A stretch of 64,000 nt of DNA, taken from the NCBI RefSeq assembly GCF_004010195.1, contig NC_057757.1, positions 7,276,610-7,340,609 of the forward strand, read 5' to 3'. Both the position numbers and the translations under genes were made by a program. A model generated the notes under the pieces. It made no database searches and was not told where the DNA came from. It was given only the letters and a program-made list of their open reading frames with translations. The number at the start of each line of letters is the position of its first letter. Positions within the stretch are counted from its first letter, which is position 1. This document shows, in pieces, positions 38,837-48,851 of the stretch. This DNA is from Chiloscyllium plagiosum (taxonomy: Eukaryota).

Positions 38837-39491
38837 CCAAAGCTCCGACCGCCCGACATTCATTGGACGACGGGAAAGGTACACCTCGCCGATTTCGGCC
38901 ATCTCCAACTCCCTTGTTTGCCGTTCGCGGTTTGGGCAAGTATGATCCGGACTGGGAGACCCTGGAAACAAGGCGGGCACACGCGGCGGGTTCGGTCGGG
39001 CAACTCTTGTGTGGTATTTGCTGCAGGAATTGCCGCGGGATGGGGCGCGCTGAAATGACCAGGTAACTCGGTGCACAGACCAAGATAAGAAAAGAGACCT
39101 TTAAGTATCGCCTTAGTGGTCGGGACGTACAAAGGTACGGGGAATTGGCGATATTAAATTAAGCATATATCAATGGAAAACAGCCCGTGTCAGAAGGGCT
39201 AGTAGCTGAAGGGCTACTGAGGGTGCACTTCGTAGCTAACTTATGGCCAGACGTCCAGAAAAACATTCAAAAGCTAGAGGAGTCGTTGTGGGAAGCTCAA
39301 AGTGTCTGTGAGACACAGTGTCTGTCTGTGTGTGTGAGTGAGAGGGAGAGAGCGAAAAGAGCTGTGAAGCTAGTAGAAAGATTAACCCTTTGTGATTTGG
39401 TTTGAATGCACATTTGTTTGTTGGTGATTGAATGTTAACATTCAAAGTCTCAAAAAGCATATAATTGGCCAGATTAATTAAATTTGCAATA

Positions 39492-40195
39492 ATGGGAGGC
39501 AAGGGGAGTTGCCTGTGTAATGATCGATCTACAAATAACGATAAAGGGGGAAATATCCCGCCCGACAGTCCTTTGGGGAAAATGTTGGGTAATTGGAAAC
39601 ACAACTCCCAGACACGGGAGAAAGATAAGGCTACAATGATAAACTGTTGTTGTTTCGTTTGGACTCGAGAAAGTATTAAGGCGCCTGTTTTTTTTTTTGG
39701 ACCAAATATGGGTCCGATTAGGATTGGCTGTGTCAAGATCTTAATATATATGTCAATCGAAAAGAACCGTACAGTCAAAAAAGGGCCGATTATGCGGCTT
39801 GTTGGATAGGGAGTGCAGGAGTAAAATTATGTCCCATGAATACGGAGGAATCAGGGAAAGAACAGAAAAAGAATGAACAAGGGAAGCCACAATGGGATCC
39901 CATAACGTTTTTGCTGCCCCCATATACTACACCCTGGAACGAGCCTACAGCTCCCGAAGTAGAACCGAGTCCAGACACAGAAAGGGGAACGGACTCTGAA
40001 CTAGAAGATGCAGAATCTAGGGGGCTCAGACTCACTCAAGCCACCACACGTAAAGGAGGGGCAGAGATATTGGAAAATGCAAAATTATGTCCCTTATGAG
40101 AGGTTCCGATTGGTGAAGGTACAATCGGATATGTAAATGCTCTCTTAACGAGCAGTGAAGTTAGGGTCTTTAAAAAGGAAATGAAAAGTTTAATA
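39492..40195 (+). pseudogene. gag: ERV gag (MA, LPPY late-domain-like motif, start of CA); frameshifted and runs into a gap
   Basis: MGGKGS myristoylation-type start; IPPDSPLGKMLGNW..CCFVWT; WPKYGSD*DWLCQ after a poly-T frameshift; PL*EVPIGEGTIGYVNALLTSSEVRVFKKEMK. Confidence 0.85.
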
Positions 40196-41165
40196 NNNNN
40201 NNNNNNNNNNNNNNNNNNNNNNNNNNNNNNNNNNNNNNNNNNNNNNNNNNNNNNNNNNNNNNNNNNNNNNNNNNNNNNNNNNNNNNNNNNNNNNNNNNNN
40301 NNNNNNNNNNNNNNNNNNNNNNNNNNNNNNNNNNNNNNNNNNNNNNNNNNNNNNNNNNNNNNNNNNNNNNNNNNNNNNNNNNNNNNNNNNNNNNNNNNNN
40401 NNNNNNNNNNNNNNNNNNNNNNNNNNNNNNNNNNNNNNNNNNNNNNNNNNNNNNNNNNNNNNNNNNNNNNNNNNNNNNNNNNNNNNNNNNNNNNNNNNNN
40501 NNNNNNNNNNNNNNNNNNNNNNNNNNNNNNNNNNNNNNNNNNNNNNNNNNNNNNNNNNNNNNNNNNNNNNNNNNNNNNNNNNNNNNNNNNNNNNNNNNNN
40601 NNNNNNNNNNNNNNNNNNNNNNNNNNNNNNNNNNNNNNNNNNNNNNNNNNNNNNNNNNNNNNNNNNNNNNNNNNNNNNNNNNNNNNNNNNNNNNNNNNNN
40701 NNNNNNNNNNNNNNNNNNNNNNNNNNNNNNNNNNNNNNNNNNNNNNNNNNNNNNNNNNNNNNNNNNNNNNNNNNNNNNNNNNNNNNNNNNNNNNNNNNNN
40801 NNNNNNNNNNNNNNNNNNNNNNNNNNNNNNNNNNNNNNNNNNNNNNNNNNNNNNNNNNNNNNNNNNNNNNNNNNNNNNNNNNNNNNNNNNNNNNNNNNNN
40901 NNNNNNNNNNNNNNNNNNNNNNNNNNNNNNNNNNNNNNNNNNNNNNNNNNNNNNNNNNNNNNNNNNNNNNNNNNNNNNNNNNNNNNNNNNNNNNNNNNNN
41001 NNNNNNNNNNNNNNNNNNNNNNNNNNNNNNNNNNNNNNNNNNNNNNNNNNNNNNNNNNNNNNNNNNNNNNNNNNNNNNNNNNNNNNNNNNNNNNNNNNNN
41101 NNNNNNNNNNNNNNNNNNNNNNNNNNNNNNNNNNNNNNNNNNNNNNNNNNNNNNNNNNNNNNNNN
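40196..41165. other. Assembly gap (970 N)
   Basis: Run of N. Confidence 1.
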
Positions 41166-42475
41166 GGGGCGGAGAGGTCGGGAAAAAGATTGCAGGTCAA
41201 GAAGGCGGTGCTTAGGCTGAGGGTTGGGACTGAGAAAAGGTGGAGGGAGGGGAAATTAGGAAATCAACACGGACGTATATTATAAACCGACTGACTCCCA
41301 CAGCTCCTAGATTACACCTCTTCCCACCCTGCCCCCTTTAAAAAAGGCCATCCCATATTCCCAATTCCTTCGCCTTCGCTGCATCTGCTCCCAGGAGCAC
41401 CAACTCCAATACCGAACAACCCAGATGGCCTCCTTCTTCAAAGACCGCAATTTCCCCTCAGACGTGGTTGACGATGCTCTCCACCTCATCTCCTCCACTT
41501 CCAGCTCCTCTGCCCTTGAACCCCGCCCCTCCAATCGCCACCAGGACAGAACCCAACTAGTCCTCACCTACCACCCCACCAACCTCCAGATACATCAGAT
41601 CATCCTTCGTCATTTCCGCCACTTCCAAACGGACCCCACCACCAAGGATATATTTCCCTTCCTATACTATCAGCGTTCCGGAAAGACCACTCCCTCTGCG
41701 ACTCCCTTGTCAGATCCACATCCCCCACCATCCCAACCTCCACTCCCAGCACCTTCCCCTGCAACCACAAAAAATACAAAACTTGCGCCCACACCTCCCC
41801 ACTCACTTCCCTCCAAGGCCTCAAGTGATCCTTCTTATCCATCAGAAATTCACCTGCACCTCCACACACATCATTTACTGAATCCACTGGACTCGATGTG
41901 GCCTGCTATGCATTGGGGAGACAGGCCGCCTACTTGCGGAACGTTTCAGAGAAGACCTCTGGGACATCCGCACCAACCAACCCAACCGCCCCGTGGCTGA
42001 ACACTTTAATTCACCCTCCCACTCCACCAAGGACATGCAGGTCCTTGGCCTCCTCCATCGCCAGACCATGGCAACACGACGCCTGGAGAAAGAGCGACTC
42101 ATCTTCCGCCTAGGAACCCTCCAACCACAAGGGATGAATACAGATTTCTCCAGCTTCCTAATTTCCCCTCCCTCCACCTTTTCTCAGTCCCAACCCTCAG
42201 CCTAAGCACCGCCTTCTTGACCTGCAATCTTCTTCCCGACCTCTCCGACCCCACCCTCTCTCGGCCTATCACCCTCACCTTAACCTCCTTCCACCTATCG
42301 CATTCCCAACGCCCCGCCCCCAAGTCCCTCCTCCCTACCTTTTATCTTAGCCTGCTTGGCATACCCTCCTCATTCCTGAAGAAGGGCTTATGCCCGAAAT
42401 GTCGATTCTCCTTTGATGCTGCCTGACCTGCTGCGCTTTTCCAGCAACACATTTTTAAGCTCTGATCCCCAGCAT
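41166..42475 (+). mobile_element. Penelope-like element inserted in the ERV, with an inverted 5' copy of its terminal repeat
   Basis: DVYYKPTDSHS..YSQFLRLRCICS (RT thumb) and CIGETGRLLAERF (GIY-YIG-like). 41169-41263 is the reverse complement of about 42158-42248. Hammerhead-like motif at about 42374-42407. Confidence 0.85.
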
Positions 42476-43804
42476 TATTACAAATTGACAGAATCTGAAC
42501 ATGAAAGACTGTGCTGGACAGAAAAGGGAAAGGAAGGGTTATATGAGTTGAAGCGTAGTTTACTACAAGCTCCGGTGTTGGCCCTTCCCTCCCTAGATAA
42601 ACCATTCCACCTTTTTGTGACAGTAAATGATGGAGCAGCCTTAGGAGTGTTAACCCAGAAAGGAGGGGGGAAGAGACAGCCCATAGCTTTCCTGTCTCGA
42701 GAGGATGGCCTGAATGTATACAGGCAGTAGCAGCCACTGCCATACTGGTACAGGAAAGCTGTAAACTTACTTTTCGAGGGCCGCTAATCGTTAGTACCCC
42801 CCATCAAGTTAGAATTGTGTTAAACCAAAAGGCAGGGAGATGGTTGACATATTCATGAATCCTAAAATACGAAACCATCCTGATGGAGAGAGATGACCTT
42901 GTGTTAGCAACAGACACCTGTCTAAATCCAGCTACCTTCCTATGGAAGGGAAAACCTGTGGACAAACGAGAATTAGAACATGACTGTCTGGATATCATAG
43001 AGTATCAAACCAAAGTTAGACAGGACCTAAAGGATATCCCCTTACATGGCGGGGTCAGACTGTTTATAGAGGGATCATCAAAAGTAGTACAAGGAAAAAG
43101 ACACAATGAATATGGAGTGGTGGAAAGTATAGATTCAGACCACGGTATCCATTTTACTTCTAAGATCCCACAAGAAGTAATGGCGGGATTAGAAATCCCT
43201 TGGGAATTCCACACTCCTTGATACCTGCCTTCCTCTGGACGGGTGGAACAAATGAATCAAACCTTAAAGAAGCAATTGTCTAAGCTAGTCCTACAGACTC
43301 GATTACCATGGACAAAATGTTTACCTATCTCGTTGCTACGCATTAGGACTGCGCCTAGACGTGATATAGGCCTCTCTCCTTATAAGATGATGTTTGGATT
43401 ACCTTTCTCGGGTGGAAGAGGGGAATTACCAACTGTAGAGTTCAATTATAAGTTTTTAAAGAACTATATTGTGGCGCTTGGCTCTTCTTTGTCTGTTCTT
43501 AGGAAGAAGGGTCTGTTGACCCAGACACCTCCACTTGAGTTCGCCGTACATTGAATACAGCCGGGTGATTGGGTCCTGATCAAAACTTGGAAAGATACCA
43601 AACTGCACCCAAGCTGGTAATGCAGACGGCTCCTAACCGTCCTGACTACTGAGACAGCCATCCGAACTGCTGAAAAAATGGTGGAGTCATCACACTCGTG
43701 TTAAGAGCCCGGTGGACGCTCCTTCCCCTTTGGCAGAGTGGCAAGCTAATCCTACGGACAACCCTCTGAAAATCAAGCTGATCAAGAAGAATGGACTGAG
43801 ATAA
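42476..43804 (+). pseudogene. pol: ERV pol remnant (RT connection/tether, truncated RNase H, integrase core and C-terminus)
   Basis: APVLALPSLDKPFHLFV, GWPECIQAVAATA, LNPATFL, HDCLDII, LFIEGSS, SIDSDHGIHFTS, SSGRVEQMNQTLK, LRIRTAPR; contains stops and deletions. Confidence 0.9.
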
Positions 43805-43923
43805 GAGACTATTGATATTGATTAAAAAACTGTATTCCAATACAATTGTAAGTGTTGCATGGACTCACTCCTCCCTGGTAGTTAAAGTATTAGGGAATAG
43901 ACAGATAGGGGTTGTGAGCTAAA

Positions 43924-45200
43924 ATGAGTGGTCAGCTTTATATTGTCACGATAATATTGGCGTTAGCTGCCAAGGGGGGGGGGCGGCGGGAAAAAATCAT
44001 TTTACCGCTTTATGCCAGAATTATGCTAAATTAAAGGGACATGTCGACTGTTGGGTATGTGCAGAGTTCCCACACCATGGGGAATCCGGAATTCCTCTCA
44101 CGGTAATACCCTTACCAAAGAAGAAGTGTACGATGCACAACAATTTGACTCAGGCTCAATGATACAAAATGGGAATTTGAGAGGGGTAATTATAACTTTG
44201 AGGGATGGTTCCCTCGACTAGCCCCGAAAACTCCGGGTGCTATTGATGGCCTTAAAGTCTCCCCACTGAAAGGAGCAGTAAATATCACTTGTTTCTGTAT
44301 TCAGAATGATACCGCACCCTTCCGATTAGAAAATCATCTTGTGTCTATACCAGCCAAGTCATTGCCACAACCATTCCCCGAATATTAAACGGAACATATT
44401 GGGAATGAGGCCTGGACACCTATCTATTTATTCCGGGGGAAAAATACATTCACGTGACTGAATGTACAGGAATGCATGCATGTTATGATGTTGATAAAAC
44501 ACTGTCTCAAAGCCAGAAAGGCTGGAGTGGCTGCTGCTACCTCGCGTATATAATTCCCCACTTGAGGCTGTTAAAAGGAGCCCCAAAAATACCTCAGAAT
44601 AAATAGGAAAGAAGGCGGGAAACCCGGGAAGTAACCAATGGGATCGGCTCCTCTGGGCTTTGATACCTTTGTACCAACAATACTGCTGATGCGTTAACCG
44701 AACCCCAATCACAAGTAGCAGCCATAACGACTGAAATGGTTGCCACCAGACTAACGACCCTTCAGAACAGGATGGCTCTGGATTATATTCGAGCAGAGAA
44801 GGGTGGTACCTGTGCAGTAATTGGAGAGGAATGTTGTACGTACATACCTGAAATCTCCTCTAACATTACTTATATCTCCAAACATGTGCGAGACAAAATC
44901 GCCAAGATAAGGCAGGCTGGTAATTGGTACCAGAACGAAAAATGATGGGAATGGGGCAATTGGGGATTGACGGGTTGGGGAAGGTGGTTAGTCAATCTCG
45001 CTATCTATGGAATATTGATATTATTGGGTCTGGTAGTAGGGTGCAGTGTCCTAAAATGGGTAATGAGCCGACTGATGACATCCCTTGGGGAAAGAACTCA
45101 AATAAATCATCAGATGCTTGTACAATCAGCAGGTGATATGCAACAAAGAGAAAGCCAAAGAATGCTTCTAGAGTTCAAGGGACGAACAACACAAATGTAA
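43924..45200 (+). pseudogene. env: ERV env (gamma-type), frameshifted and partly deleted
   Basis: Signal-like MSGQLYIVTIILALAA, CWVC (CxxC) at 44049-44060, furin-like RRRETR near 44610, immunosuppressive domain LQNRMALD, CX6CC (CAVIGEECC), TM LAIYGILILLGLVVG. Confidence 0.9.
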
Positions 45201-45318
45201 AATGTAAGATTGTGAACCTCATCGCCCAAAAGGCGTACGAGGGCAGACCGTGAGAAATGAATTAAAGGAGACTGAATAAGCCCAGAAACAACAGATATTA
45301 AAAAAGAAAAGGGGAAAT

Positions 45319-45890
45319 TGTGGGAAGTGAGAAATTTAGTTTCTGCAGGCGATATAGAAATGTAGTTGCTGTGGCTGGTAATGGAATGTAGTTTCTATAG
45401 ATGGGGGGTGTTGCGAGGGTGAGCGGAATTCGTACAACATGTAGCATACTTAAGGCTAAGACTTTAATAAATATAGAGGGTCTTTTAAAGAAGTAATTTT
45501 AAAGAAATAGTTTGAAGCTAGGAAATAACTATGGAGTGTTGTAGCTGACAACAAAAGAAGCAGTAGGGGTATTTCACTTATCGTATGATAAGGAAACTGG
45601 AGAAAAGTAACAAGGAACAGAGAATGCAGACGTACAAGGACAGCCGGATAGCCAGATAAGAAAAACTGAAGAAAAACAAGTGAGGTAACCGACTTATGAC
45701 AGGATGAAGTTAGAAAAGGGAGTCGTGATTCAGAAACTTGCAAACTGAACAAAGAAAGTACACATGTTCTGTGACGGACGCATTTCTGCTGGACTGCAGA
45801 GGCGTCCGGTACTTGTAAGACAGTAATAAATTGTTCTTGTTTCCAAGGCTTTGTCTCATGCTGATTTATGAGTGAGTTCTGTTTCTCACA
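45319..45890 (+). repeat. ERV 3' LTR (572 bp)
   Basis: TG..CA ends, directly preceded by the PPT, with AATAAA at about 45825. Confidence 0.92.
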
Positions 45891-46762
45891 TTCTCTCCCT
45901 CCCTCTCTCTCTCCCTCCCTCTCTCTCTACCACCCTCTCTCTCCCCTCTATCTCTCTCCCCCCTCTCTTTCTCACCCCTGTCTCTCTCCCCTCTCTCTCA
46001 CCACGCATTCTCACCCTGCGCTCTCACCCCGCCCTCTCTCCCTCCATCTCTCACCCTCTCTCTCACCCTCCCCTCTCTCGCCCTCCCCTCTCTCGTGCTC
46101 CCCTCTCTCTCGCCCTCCCTCTCTCCCGCCCTCCCCTCTCTGCCGCCCTCCCTCTCTCGCCGTCTTCTCTCTCTCTCTCGCAGCCCTGTCTCTCTCTCGC
46201 CGCCCTCACTCTCTCTTGCCGCCCTCTCTCTCTCACCACCCTCTCTCTCTCGCCACCCTCACTATCGTTCCTCCTCTCTCTATCGTCCCTTCTCTCTCTG
46301 TTACTCTCTCGCACCCCACTCTTTATCTCTTGCTCCCTCACCCTCTCTTGCCCCCTCCCTCACTCACCACCTATTCTCTCTCTCTCTGTCCTCTCTCTCT
46401 TTCTGTCACTCTCTCCTCCCGATCTCTCTTGCCCCCTTCCTCTCTCTCTCTCTCCTCTCTCTCTCGAGGTCTTGCCCCCTTTCTCACTCTCACTTGCTCT
46501 GTCTCTGTCTCTCTCTCTCCGTCTCTTTCTCTCTCTTGCCCCCTCCCTCGCCCCTCTCTCAGTCTCACTCTTTCTCTTGCCCACTCTCTCCCGACCCTCC
46601 CTCTCATTATCTCCTCCCACGTCTTTCTCTCTCTCTCCCTTACCCTATCTGTCTCTTGTTCCCCTCTCTGCCCACTTCCGTCCATTTCTCTTTGGCTCAA
46701 TCTCTCTTCTTCCCTCCCTCTCTGACACACTCTGTCTCGCTGGTCCTTCCCTCTCTCTCTCT
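45891..46762. repeat. CT-rich low-complexity tract (right flank of the provirus), followed by a GA-rich tract to about 47080
   Basis: Base composition; it generates the spurious Ser/Leu/Pro ORFs in the track. Confidence 0.9.
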
Positions 46763-47118
46763 GAACGATAGACTGGGTGTGTGTGTGTTGGTGGTGAAGC
46801 TGCGTGTGGGATGGTGGGGCTGGGATGTGGGAGATGGGAGGAATGGGAAAATGGAGTAGAGACAGAATTACGGGCGGAGACAGAGCCGGCAGGAGAGTAA
46901 GTGAGGGGGAGAGGGAAAAGTGAAGAAAGTGGGGTTGAGGGTGTGTGTTAAAGAGAAAGGGGGACGAGGGAGATGTGGTGAGAAGGAGAGAGTGTGCAGA
47001 GATAGAGAGGGAGAACAATAAGGAGAAAGGGTGGGGGGAGGAAATGGGGAGGCCAGGATGGAGTGGTGGGGATAGAGGGAGTTGAACCCAGCTCCTGAGC
47101 TCAGGGTGCAGTGCCCTC

Positions 47119-47358
47119 CCCTTCCCTGAGGACCAAGACGTGGGGCTGAGATTGTCTCTCCCCAGCTCAGCTTCTCCAACACAAAAACACACAACAATGT
47201 CGATCACTCTGCTGCTCGGCACGCTTTAATCAACATTCTTCCCTTCCCTGAGGACCAGGACTTGGGGCTGAGTCTGTCTCTCCCAGCTCAGCTTCTCCAA
47301 CACAAAGACACAAACAACATCGGTCACTCTGCTGCTCGGCACGCTTTAATCAACATTT
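47119..47358. repeat. Tandem duplication, 2 x about 120 bp
   Basis: cccttccctgaggacca..ggcacgctttaatcaacatt occurs twice in direct tandem. Confidence 0.9.
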
Positions 47359-47562
47359 TTCTTGTTTACAAATGGAAGTGATGGATACAGTCAGTGGGAT
47401 GGTGTCTTTTCTCACTAGTCCATGAGTTGTGAGAAACATTGAAATGCGCCCCTGTGGGATAAGGATGGACAAACCAGCGCTACCCTCAGTCTGTTACCAT
47501 AGCGACAGGCTGCTCCATCACGGAAACACTGAACTGAAATGAGAAAATCCTGGATGGATTGA

Positions 47563-47744
47563 TTAATGAGGAAATTTGATTGATGGATGGATCTGGGTGA
47601 AGGGACATTTCATCACATTCTTCAGCTGCTGCCTGAACTTAGTCTGGGTCACGGCATAAATCGCGGTGTTTGTGCAGCAACTGAGGAGCTGCAGCATGAA
47701 GCCCATATCCCGAACAAAGTAATCGAGATACACAGATCGATACC
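47563..47744 (-). pseudogene. 3' remnant (TM7, helix 8, stop) of a third GPR139-like GPCR, truncated by an LTR
   Basis: Minus strand reads YRSVYLDYFVRDMGFMLQLLSCCTNTAIYAVTQTKFRQQLKNVMKCPFTQIHPSIKFPH*, which aligns to GFMLQLLSSCLNPFIYAGTQSKFRGELRNGVTYP of the intact gene. Confidence 0.88.
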
Positions 47745-48281
47745 TGTGAGAGGTAATTTCGGTTTAAACTTTAAGATGTGCCTGGACCACGGACTGGTCT
47801 ATAATAAAAGACAAAACTTTTGTTTCTTTTCTAGAACATTTTATATACTCAAAAGTAGAATAGTTTAAATTGTGCAGAATGCTGACAATTTGTGAGCAGA
47901 GTAAAACAAACAAGCCCTTGATTGATAAACCATTGACACAGGAGGGAAGGATGAGTCCTTGACTAATAAGACTCCAGGATGGGGGAACGACTTTGACTGA
48001 TAAGACTACAGGGTGAGAAAAACAACAAACTTTGGAGACTCTGGAGCCTTTTGTTGCAGACTTTGTGATAAAAATAATGATGTTTTTAAGAATGTGAACC
48101 TCATGGCTTGTTGGAGCCAAGGAGAGGAGGGACTTGTGCTGTATATAATGGGAGACTTTGTAAGCCTCAGCGCGCCTTTTCTTTAAGGGTGCCCGACTCT
48201 GCAGACTTGACTTGTTAATAAAACTTTGTTTTCCTGAATTTGTCTGGAGCGATTATTGAGAAGCGATTTTCGTTTCTAACA
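47745..48281 (+). mobile_element. Second retroviral-type LTR (537 bp), unrelated to 45319-45890
   Basis: TGTGAGA..TCTAACA imperfect inverted termini, TATATAA near 48143, AATAAA near 48217, and a GT-rich U5-like end. Confidence 0.75.
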
Positions 48282-48351
48282 ACATGAGAGACATACGGGA
48301 ATATTGGATAAAAGGAATCAGACACGCAGCCCCGAAGGGGCACAATTTTAC
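48282..48351 (+). pseudogene. gag: Class I ERV gag capsid fragment
   Basis: MRDIREYWIKGIRHAAPKGHNF resembles the class I CA segment preceding the major homology region; short and ends at a gap. Confidence 0.6.
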
Positions 48352-48851
48352 NNNNNNNNNNNNNNNNNNNNNNNNNNNNNNNNNNNNNNNNNNNNNNNNN
48401 NNNNNNNNNNNNNNNNNNNNNNNNNNNNNNNNNNNNNNNNNNNNNNNNNNNNNNNNNNNNNNNNNNNNNNNNNNNNNNNNNNNNNNNNNNNNNNNNNNNN
48501 NNNNNNNNNNNNNNNNNNNNNNNNNNNNNNNNNNNNNNNNNNNNNNNNNNNNNNNNNNNNNNNNNNNNNNNNNNNNNNNNNNNNNNNNNNNNNNNNNNNN
48601 NNNNNNNNNNNNNNNNNNNNNNNNNNNNNNNNNNNNNNNNNNNNNNNNNNNNNNNNNNNNNNNNNNNNNNNNNNNNNNNNNNNNNNNNNNNNNNNNNNNN
48701 NNNNNNNNNNNNNNNNNNNNNNNNNNNNNNNNNNNNNNNNNNNNNNNNNNNNNNNNNNNNNNNNNNNNNNNNNNNNNNNNNNNNNNNNNNNNNNNNNNNN
48801 NNNNNNNNNNNNNNNNNNNNNNNNNNNNNNNNNNNNNNNNNNNNNNNNNNN
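48352..48851. other. Assembly gap (500 N)
   Basis: Run of N. Confidence 1.

Larger units (their letters stand above)
38633..45890 (+). mobile_element. Decayed class I (gamma-type env, HERV-I/IP-like) endogenous retrovirus
   Basis: Paired TG..CA LTRs, tRNA-Pro-like PBS, gag, pol and env in order, and PPT aaaaagaaaaggggaaat before the 3' LTR. Confidence 0.92.

Noticed and set aside
37659..41215. Long ORFs containing runs of X (also 48284-49097)
   Set aside because: Artefacts of reading through N gaps.
43924..45200. Domesticated, syncytin-like env
   Set aside because: Multiple stops, frameshifts and a deletion after the fusion peptide; no long intact ORF.
45868..47222. ORFs of 250-300 aa rich in Ser/Leu/Pro or Arg/Glu
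   Set aside because: They come from stop-poor CT/GA low-complexity sequence and have no domain content.
47587..47868. Plus-strand 93-aa ORF
   Set aside because: Antisense shadow of the GPCR remnant running into the LTR.
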